From positions 91,172 to 155,171 of the forward strand of contig CAZYMH010000003.1 of assembly GCA_964648105.1 (NCBI GenBank): a stretch of DNA of 64,000 bases, read 5' to 3'. Position numbers and translations under genes: made by a program. This DNA comes from an uncultured Candidatus Saccharibacteria bacterium (lineage in GTDB: Bacteria > Patescibacteriota > Saccharimonadia > Saccharimonadales > 2-12-FULL-41-12). Under the pieces are notes generated by a model. It was not told the origin of the DNA and did no database searches. It worked only from the letters and a program-made list of their open reading frames with translations. Below are positions 57,208-64,000 of this stretch, piece by piece. Position 1 is the stretch's first letter, and each line of letters opens with the position of its first letter.

Positions 57208-59172
57208 ATGGCCAACATAAAGTACTACGATATTATGCCTTGCGACAAAGCTTACCATGGCAAAAATTTGCTGACATATAGCAGCAATGAATCGTTAAAA
57301 ATAGGTCAACTTGTCGTTGTAAAAATCCGCACAAAAACTATTAACGGATTGGTTATTCGACAAGTTCCAAAAACGCAATTCAGTGTTAAAAATATCGATT
57401 TTGTTTTGCCAAATATAGTTTTACCTAACAACTTAATCGAAACTATAGACTGGATGCGTAAATATTATCCAGACAACCTAGGCGTAATCGGAAGTTTATT
57501 TTGCCCTATTCTATTGCCGCAAAATATAATACCAAGTAAAATAATTACAACAACTCCTAATGATAGTGCTGTTAGTAATGTTAAAGAGGTACTGCCTACA
57601 AATGAACAAAAAAGTATTATATCGAGCATTTTAAAATCTGATAATACTACTCATATCCTGCATGGTGATACAGGTACTGGTAAAACATATGTATACCAAA
57701 AATTATGTGAACACATTTTTTTATCTGGAAAGTCAGCTATCGTCTTAACTCCAGAAATAAATCTTCTACCCCAGTTAGTTGAGACATTCAAAGAAAGCTT
57801 TAGCAATGTTTATCTAGTTCATTCTAAGCAGTCAGTATCTGAAAGAAGAAAGATTTGGCTTAATATTTTACAGGCTTTGGAGCCTGTAATTGTAATCGGA
57901 CCAAGATCTAGCCTTTTTTATCCAGTTAAAAATCTAGGAATGATTATTATTGATGAATTTCATGAAAAATCATATAAACAAGAACAATCACCACATTACA
58001 ATGCCCTTAGAGTGGCTGGTTTTTTATCAAAAGCTAGCTCCGCAAAACTTGTGATGGGGTCTGCCACACCGCCAATTGAAGAATATTTTTATGCAATTAA
58101 TAAAGGAGCTGAGTTACATCGCTTAACCAAAAAACCTAATTTAGTAAACCATAAAAATAATGTACTCTGTGTCAACATGACGGATGATAAGGAGCGAACC
58201 CAATACCCCATGTTATCAAAATCATTATTGAGTAATATCAAACATACACTATCAAATAACCAACAAGTTTTACTTTTTTTGAATAAACGCGGAAGTTCTA
58301 GACTTGTCCTATGTAAAAACTGTGGTTGGACTGTCGAATGTATACGTTGTAATATTCCATACGTTTATCATCATGATATCCACTTACTAGTCTGTCATAG
58401 TTGTGCCTTAAAAAAGCCAGTACCAACTAATTGTCCTGAATGTGGTAACGATGATATCATCTATAAAAATCCAGGAACTAAGCAAATCGAACAAGCTATC
58501 AATAATTTATTTAAGGGCTATAAGATTGGCCGTTATGATAAAGACAACAAAAAAAATGAAAGTTTTATAACCAACTACCCAGAAATTGCCGCAGGAAATA
58601 TTGATATATTGATTGGAACTCAGACACTAACCAAAGGTCATGACCTGCCGAATTTAGGATTGGTCGCAATATTAAGTGGCGACTCGAGTTTGAATTTTCC
58701 TGACTATAACGCTCATGAAAAGACATATCAAATTTTACATCAAGTGGCTGGTCGAGTTGGCAGACACCAGTCTCCTGGAACAATAATACTTCAGTCATAT
58801 TCAATGCTTGAGAGCTTAAAAGAATACGTGAGCCACACTCAAAACTCTTGGATAAATTTTTATCACAAAGAACTTAAACAGAGAGAAAAATATAATTTTC
58901 CACCATATTGTTTTATTTTAAAAATTGAACTAAAGCGAAAAAACAATAAATTGGCTCAAGAATTTATGCAAAAAATCTACATGGACTTAACCAATAATAA
59001 GTACCCCAATACAGTAATCACTGAACCAACTAGTAGCTTTATATCCAAACAAAACGCCTTTTATAACTGGCAAATAATAATACGCAGTAAGAGCCGAAAA
59101 ATATTATTAGACATAATAAACTCTCTACCTAAAAGTTGTACTTATGACATCGATCCGTCTTCGCTACTTTAG
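57208..59172 (+). CDS. priA: Primosomal protein N' (PriA helicase)
   Basis: Walker A HGDTGTGKT, DEFHE, Cys-rich zinc region CKNCGWTVECIRCN...CHSC...CPECG, and a QVAGRVGR motif. Confidence 0.93.
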   Translation: MANIKYYDIMPCDKAYHGKNLLTYSSNESLKIGQLVVVKIRTKTINGLVIRQVPKTQFSVKNIDFVLPNIVLPNNLIETIDWMRKYYPDNLGVIGSLFCPILLPQNIIPSKIITTTPNDSAVSNVKEVLPTNEQKSIISSILKSDNTTHILHGDTGTGKTYVYQKLCEHIFLSGKSAIVLTPEINLLPQLVETFKESFSNVYLVHSKQSVSERRKIWLNILQALEPVIVIGPRSSLFYPVKNLGMIIIDEFHEKSYKQEQSPHYNALRVAGFLSKASSAKLVMGSATPPIEEYFYAINKGAELHRLTKKPNLVNHKNNVLCVNMTDDKERTQYPMLSKSLLSNIKHTLSNNQQVLLFLNKRGSSRLVLCKNCGWTVECIRCNIPYVYHHDIHLLVCHSCALKKPVPTNCPECGNDDIIYKNPGTKQIEQAINNLFKGYKIGRYDKDNKKNESFITNYPEIAAGNIDILIGTQTLTKGHDLPNLGLVAILSGDSSLNFPDYNAHEKTYQILHQVAGRVGRHQSPGTIILQSYSMLESLKEYVSHTQNSWINFYHKELKQREKYNFPPYCFILKIELKRKNNKLAQEFMQKIYMDLTNNKYPNTVITEPTSSFISKQNAFYNWQIIIRSKSRKILLDIINSLPKSCTYDIDPSSLL

Positions 59173-59204
59173 AAATATTCAATCATTTAAGTTATACTGG
59201 CTAC

Positions 59205-59780
59205 ATGACTAAACTACCGCTTATTGTCTTGCCAAATAAAAATTTGCGTAAAAAATCTAAAAAAGTTCATTTAATTGACACTTCTGTAGTAAAATTGGTT
59301 GAAAAAATGGAAAAGACAACTCTAGATTGGGAAGCCTCACGCGAACATGAACTGGGAGTAGCTCTAGCTGCCGCTCAGATTAATGACCTAAGGCGTGTGG
59401 TAGTAATCAGAAACAATTTCGAAGATAAATCAGATAAGACATTCAAAATACTTATAAATCCAAAAATAACTAAATTAGAAGGAAAAGTCGAAGATGATTA
59501 TGAAGGGTGTTTAAGTATATCTGATATATATGGATTAGTACCAAGGCATACGAAAGTCAGAGTCAAGGCTCAGGATTTGAATGGAAATGAAATAAACCTA
59601 AAAGCCGAGGGTTTTTTAGCTCGAGTACTCCAACATGAGATTGATCACACTAACGGCATTGTGTTTATTGACCATATAAAAGACAGCCCAGATAGCTTTT
59701 TTAGGCTTGAGACAGACGGCAAACTAAATCCTTTAGAATTCGATAAAGAGATTAAAGGTAATAAACAGCTATGGGGTTAG
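59205..59780 (+). CDS. def: Peptide deformylase
   Basis: The three motifs GVALAAAQI, EGCLS and HEIDH. Confidence 0.94.
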   Translation: MTKLPLIVLPNKNLRKKSKKVHLIDTSVVKLVEKMEKTTLDWEASREHELGVALAAAQINDLRRVVVIRNNFEDKSDKTFKILINPKITKLEGKVEDDYEGCLSISDIYGLVPRHTKVRVKAQDLNGNEINLKAEGFLARVLQHEIDHTNGIVFIDHIKDSPDSFFRLETDGKLNPLEFDKEIKGNKQLWG

Positions 59781-60637
59781 TGTTCTTTGGTAGTGGACCA
59801 GTAGCTCTTGAGAGTCTTAAGCTGCTCATTAAGCATCAAACTATTGAAACAATAATCACCAAACCTTCTACAAAAGATCAGTTTGAATCACAATTTCCGA
59901 ATATACCTGTGCTAGTGGCCAGCAATAAATTAGAGTTAGATAAACTCATAACTACTTACAAATTTCAGTCAGGAATTGGTGTGTTGATCGATTTTGGAAT
60001 AATTATTAGTAATCGGGTTATTAATTATTTTCCAAAAGGTATAATTAATAGTCATTTTAGCCGACTGCCACAGTGGCGAGGTGCAGACCCGATAACTTTC
60101 GCACTTTTGTCAGGCCAAAAATCTACAGGTGTTTCGTTGATGCTAATTGACGAAGGCATGGATACAGGTAAAATATTAGTTCAAAAAAGTGTTAAGATCC
60201 CTAACGATGCTAATTCAATTACCTTAACTGATATATTAATCAAACTAAGCGATGAACTTTTGAACATATATTTAGATAAATATATCAAAAATGAGATAAA
60301 ACCACGTAACCAATCTCACCCTGATCGAGCAACTTATTCAAAAAAGCTTGAAAAAAGCGATGGCAGGATCGATTGGACAAAACCAGCTATTGAAATCGAA
60401 AGAGAGATAAGAGCCTATTACTCTTGGCCTAAATCATATACTAAAATCAAAAATTTTGATGTAATTATCAAGTCAGCGGATGTAGTTAACTTTCAAGGCA
60501 AATCTGGCGATTATAAAGTTGATAAGAAGAGTTTAATCATATATTGCGGACAAGATGCACTAAGTATCACCTCTCTTCAGCCAGTTGGCAAAAAACAAAT
60601 GCCTGTCTCTGCATTTTTAGCTGGCTACAAAATATAG
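59771..60637 (+). CDS. fmt: Methionyl-tRNA formyltransferase
   Basis: FFGSG N-terminus and NSHFSRLPQWRGADP (the SLLP/RG.AP motif). It overlaps def by 10 nt. Confidence 0.9.
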   Translation: MGLVFFGSGPVALESLKLLIKHQTIETIITKPSTKDQFESQFPNIPVLVASNKLELDKLITTYKFQSGIGVLIDFGIIISNRVINYFPKGIINSHFSRLPQWRGADPITFALLSGQKSTGVSLMLIDEGMDTGKILVQKSVKIPNDANSITLTDILIKLSDELLNIYLDKYIKNEIKPRNQSHPDRATYSKKLEKSDGRIDWTKPAIEIEREIRAYYSWPKSYTKIKNFDVIIKSADVVNFQGKSGDYKVDKKSLIIYCGQDALSITSLQPVGKKQMPVSAFLAGYKI

Positions 60638-60638
60638 T

Positions 60639-61112
60639 TTAATTTTGCTGCTGATTACTCTGATTGCCGTTTATTTCGGCAATTATTTGTGGTGCAACTT
60701 GTTTTATTTCGTTTTTTAGACTTTCAAGTTCTTGGGTAACTACGTTTTTGTAATCAGGAAAGTTGGTTTCAAGCCATTTTAGAGCTGCGTATTCTGCAGT
60801 AACAGCATTTGGGTTAGATGGTAAGTTTTTACTTTGTGTGTAGTTTCTCTCATTTTCAATCGATTTGAGATAAGTAGGATCTTGATGCCAATTAGGAAAA
60901 ATTTTATCTAAATAATTTTCGGCGAGAGTTACATCACCAGTAGTAAAACTTTCGAACTCCGATAATTGAGCGTCAGACATTCCGCTAGCTAATTTCGTAC
61001 CGACTCTCATTTCCAAAGTTTCATAGATATGAGTTCTGAGTTTAGCTTTCTCTTCTTGAGGCAAATCACCTAAACCTAATTCTTCTAAAAATTTATCGTC
61101 AATCTGTAACAT
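60639..61112 (-). CDS. Hypothetical cytoplasmic helical protein
   Basis: 157 aa (DDKFLEELGLGDLPQEEKAKLRTHIYETLEMRVG...). I think similar small proteins occur in CPR genomes, but I cannot name the family with confidence. Confidence 0.5.
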   Translation of the reverse strand: MLQIDDKFLEELGLGDLPQEEKAKLRTHIYETLEMRVGTKLASGMSDAQLSEFESFTTGDVTLAENYLDKIFPNWHQDPTYLKSIENERNYTQSKNLPSNPNAVTAEYAALKWLETNFPDYKNVVTQELESLKNEIKQVAPQIIAEINGNQSNQQQN

Positions 61113-61162
61113 TCTTTAACACTCCTTATTAATAATTATACATTTTTTCCTTTAAAATCTCA

Positions 61163-62818
61163 CTACCTTGTCATCAAATAAGCTATCATACTAAAAATTA
61201 AAATAAAAATTGCCATCGCCATACCAAACAAGATTGGCTGAGTATAATTTAGTGAACTATTATCTGATTTAGGTAGGATATTTTGAGTTTCATTTATATG
61301 TTGTTCAACTATTTTATCTTTATCTAGTTGATCGACAGAGCCATCTGGCTGAAGGCTGACAGCTGCACTAGATTGTTTTTTCGCAGCTTCTTTATCGACT
61401 AATTCATGATTTTTACGATCAATAATTTCAAAGTTTTTTTCATTAGACAATCGATTTTGGTTATCCGAATCTTGGTTACTAATAGTTTCGGCTTGTCGGC
61501 TGTATTTGATAGCGGTTTTATCTTTGTCGGCAGATCGGTGAGTGCTAGTTTCGAGCATTTCAATATGCTGTTGCTGCGATGATTTTTTATCGATACTTTC
61601 TTCTTTTTGCTTACTGTTTATAAAAGCTGGTGTAGCTAAAATTTCACCTATGCTTACGGCTGATTGAGATAAGTCATTATTTTTATTGTCTAGATCTGTG
61701 TTACTTAACTCTTTTTGATTTGGCTTTTGAGAAGATAAGGGTGGTTTCTCATTTTTATCTTTGTCGGCCTGTTTAATTTCTTGTTTGATACTTAGTGCGG
61801 CCTCTTTTCTAATTTGTTCAGCTGTTTTTTGATAGACTCCTGCTAGTTTTGCCGACTGATTTTCTTCGAGACGATCGATAGTTTCTGTTTTGGATAATTG
61901 CGGATTATTGAGATGATCGATATGATTACGAATACTACTTACTTGATTTCTTACTTCACGGTTTATTTTGCGATCTCGACGGCGACTTAATAAATCAGCA
62001 CCCAAAAATGCCAATAATGCACCTCCGCCAGAAACCCTTTCGACTACTTTTTCTTGGTTTTTGGCAGAATTTACAGGTTGGTTATTATAATTTTTGGTTG
62101 GGATCTCTGCGTTAGCAGCTGATTTAGCAGCATAATTCTCATAAATATTTTGAAGAGTTGATTCGGTTATTGGTGGAGGCACATTGGGAATTTTTGATGT
62201 TTCAATCTTATTAATATTGTCCTTCGTACCATCGATTTGAGTTTTTTGATCATCGACTTCAATATCAACTAAATCTTCCCTGATGCCTTCAATGATTGGC
62301 TCTTCGATTTTCTTATCCTTAGCTACTTCTAGTGTTTTAGGTAAATTGATTTCTTCTGGCTCAAGACTGGCATTGTTCTCAGGTAAATTATTATCTGACT
62401 CAATTTTATTATCTTGATTAGTAGACTTATCAATCTTAGGTTCAATCACTTCGAAATCAGATTGAGCAGTATCAGCATCTTCGATAGACTCAACTATTGG
62501 TTCTTCAATCGACGCTGACCGATCATAGGTATGTTCGGTCGTATTAGTATCCAAATCTGCACTACTTTCACTTGTGGCTAGTTCAGGCAAGATGGTTTTC
62601 GAACTTTTATCTTCAGTCGGATCAGTTGGCTTGTCTTCTTTAAATATAGACGCTAAGAACCCTTCGCCTTTTTTAGCTTGTGACTTAAATATATTGCTTA
62701 AAGAAACAACTGGTTTTTCTTCTTCGTCATCATCGTCTTCATCTAATAACTCATTCTTCTCATGTTTAGATTTATCTTCTTCATCCTCTGGTTGCCAACT
62801 AAAACTATTAGGATTCAT
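61163..62818 (-). CDS. Highly acidic, low-complexity, tail-anchored hypothetical protein
   Basis: 551 aa rich in D/E/K/N/Q/S. Poly-acidic N-terminus (EDEEDK...DEDDDDEEE). One C-terminal TM (ILFGMAMAIFILIFSMIAYLM). Confidence 0.5.
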   Translation of the reverse strand: MNPNSFSWQPEDEEDKSKHEKNELLDEDDDDEEEKPVVSLSNIFKSQAKKGEGFLASIFKEDKPTDPTEDKSSKTILPELATSESSADLDTNTTEHTYDRSASIEEPIVESIEDADTAQSDFEVIEPKIDKSTNQDNKIESDNNLPENNASLEPEEINLPKTLEVAKDKKIEEPIIEGIREDLVDIEVDDQKTQIDGTKDNINKIETSKIPNVPPPITESTLQNIYENYAAKSAANAEIPTKNYNNQPVNSAKNQEKVVERVSGGGALLAFLGADLLSRRRDRKINREVRNQVSSIRNHIDHLNNPQLSKTETIDRLEENQSAKLAGVYQKTAEQIRKEAALSIKQEIKQADKDKNEKPPLSSQKPNQKELSNTDLDNKNNDLSQSAVSIGEILATPAFINSKQKEESIDKKSSQQQHIEMLETSTHRSADKDKTAIKYSRQAETISNQDSDNQNRLSNEKNFEIIDRKNHELVDKEAAKKQSSAAVSLQPDGSVDQLDKDKIVEQHINETQNILPKSDNSSLNYTQPILFGMAMAIFILIFSMIAYLMTR

Positions 62819-62831
62819 CTAAATTGTCCTT

Positions 62832-64000
62832 CTACAGTGTTCGCTTAATTACTTCCTGAGTAAAGACTTCTATAACGTCGCCTTCTTTAAGATCGACACG
62901 AGATTGAGATTTGAAACTCAAGCCACACATTTCGCCCGATTGAACTTCTTTTGCTTCTTGAGGACCTCTTTTTAGACCAATTATTTCAATTGAAGCAATT
63001 TCTTGGTTATCTCTTAAAATTGTGGCCATTGATGGTACAACGATTTTTCCTTTGGTTACTTCTCCGCCACAAATAACTTCGTTTTTGGTAATTTTGAAGA
63101 CGCCGCGCACGATTAATCTACCTATATCTGTCTTAACAATTTTTGGTGGCAATAGCTTTTCAAGTTCAATTTTGACATCATCAATTAGTTCGTAAATGAT
63201 TTTGTATAAATTAATTTTTAGCTTGTCTCTTGAGGCTAACTGCTTAATACCTCGGGGGCTATCAACATTAAAGCCATAGATAATCGCTTCACTTGATTGA
63301 GCCAGATGTAAGTCATTCTCAGTTATCGAACCAACTCCTGAACTAACAAGTCTTATAGCTACTTCCTCTGTATCAAGAGCTTTCAGGCTGTCTATAACAG
63401 AAGTTAGAGAACCTTGAACATCTGCCTTAACTATTATATTTAGCTCCCTAAGCTCACTTTTGCGATTCATAATTCTAATTAATTCAGTGCCGCTAATATT
63501 TTGGCTTTTTGCTTTGGTTCGGCTTTCTAAATTGTTTTTATTAGCTAATTCACGGGCTAATTTTTCAGTCTTAACAACCTCAAACTCATCACCAAATTCT
63601 GGTAGTGATTTAAAGCCAGTAATTACAACTGGTGTCGACGGTGTAGCAAAATCAGTTGGTTGGCCGTCAGTAGTTTCAAGATTCCTGAGTTTAGCATACG
63701 TTGTATTTGCTACTACATAATCACCTTTATGTAGTGTTCCCGATTCTACCAATGCAATTGCTTCTGCTCCACGTCCTTTTTCCATGTGAGCTTCAATAAT
63801 TAAACCTTTGGCAGGAGCATTTTTATCAGCTTTTAACTCTTCTACATCTGAAACTAACAAAATCATGTCTAGGAGTTTATCAATATTTGTACCTTCTTTG
63901 GCTGATACTTCGACGGCAATAACATCGCCTCCCCAATCTTCAACTAAAAGTTCGTGTTCGGCTAATTGTTGTTTAACTCGGTTAGAATCAGCTCCTTCTT
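62832..64000 (-). CDS. infB: Translation initiation factor IF-2, C-terminal part (gene continues beyond the window)
   Basis: ELKADKNAPAKGLIIEAHMEKGRGAEAIALVESGTLHKGD (domain II) and the C-terminal beta-barrel. The reading frame stays open upstream of the track's Met (63867-64000 encodes ...EDWGGDVIAVEVSAKEGTNIDKLLD). Confidence 0.93.
   Translation of the reverse strand, partial: EGADSNRVKQQLAEHELLVEDWGGDVIAVEVSAKEGTNIDKLLDMILLVSDVEELKADKNAPAKGLIIEAHMEKGRGAEAIALVESGTLHKGDYVVANTTYAKLRNLETTDGQPTDFATPSTPVVITGFKSLPEFGDEFEVVKTEKLARELANKNNLESRTKAKSQNISGTELIRIMNRKSELRELNIIVKADVQGSLTSVIDSLKALDTEEVAIRLVSSGVGSITENDLHLAQSSEAIIYGFNVDSPRGIKQLASRDKLKINLYKIIYELIDDVKIELEKLLPPKIVKTDIGRLIVRGVFKITKNEVICGGEVTKGKIVVPSMATILRDNQEIASIEIIGLKRGPQEAKEVQSGEMCGLSFKSQSRVDLKEGDVIEVFTQEVIKRTL

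Noticed and set aside
1-64000. tRNA, rRNA, tmRNA, RNase P RNA, transposases, integrases, and toxin-antitoxin or restriction-modification genes
   Set aside because: None was recognised in any intergenic gap or ORF translation. The gaps are short and mostly filled by promoter-like AT-rich sequence. tRNAscan or Infernal would be needed to exclude small RNAs formally.

Overview
The window is AT-rich, very compact and almost entirely co-oriented: about 50 of 57 genes are on the minus strand. The backbone is housekeeping. Translation genes are prfA, prfB, prmC, frr, tsf, infB, def, fmt, map, rpsB, rpsU, rplU, rpmE, hpf, serS, proS and a class I lysyl-tRNA synthetase. Division and envelope genes are ftsE, ftsX, ftsA, ftsZ, secA, lepB, rseP, an HtrA-like protease, an LCP-family gene and a sortase. 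Replication, segregation and nucleotide genes are priA, parA, parB, nrdR, nrdJ and adk. The combination of a Gram-positive-type envelope toolkit (sortase, LCP, a PcsB-like CHAP hydrolase), class I LysRS, archaeal-type ProRS, cobalamin-type RNR and a giant surface protein suggests a reduced-genome CPR/Patescibacteria bacterium, possibly Saccharibacteria-like. That placement is inference only. I recognised no rRNA, tRNA, CRISPR array, transposase or integrase by eye. The stand-out accessory region is 33604-47739. It holds a roughly 3,862-aa membrane-anchored mosaic protein with phage tail-fibre-like repeats, a perfectly duplicated 385-aa unit, Kelch-like blades, LVIVD blades, Cys-pair blades and a terminal module. 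Upstream sits a small membrane protein carrying a paralogous copy of that terminal module. Downstream, translationally coupled, sits a membrane-anchored right-handed beta-helix (depolymerase-like) protein. I propose this as a candidate undescribed cell-surface attachment/degradation apparatus. Other notable items: an ftsEX / PcsB-like / Ctp cluster; a sortase with an adjacent PD40 substrate bearing a PNTG sorting signal and bracketed by 29-bp direct repeats; an MsrA homologue without its catalytic Cys; at least nine genes whose ATG lies 5-8 nt after a consensus -10 hexamer, implying leaderless mRNAs; a divergent promoter pair sharing one palindromic -35; and candidate NrdR and wHTH operators. 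All calls rest on reading the sequence and ORF translations. No homology search, HMM or folding program was run. Domain-array coordinates are approximate (about +/-15 nt).
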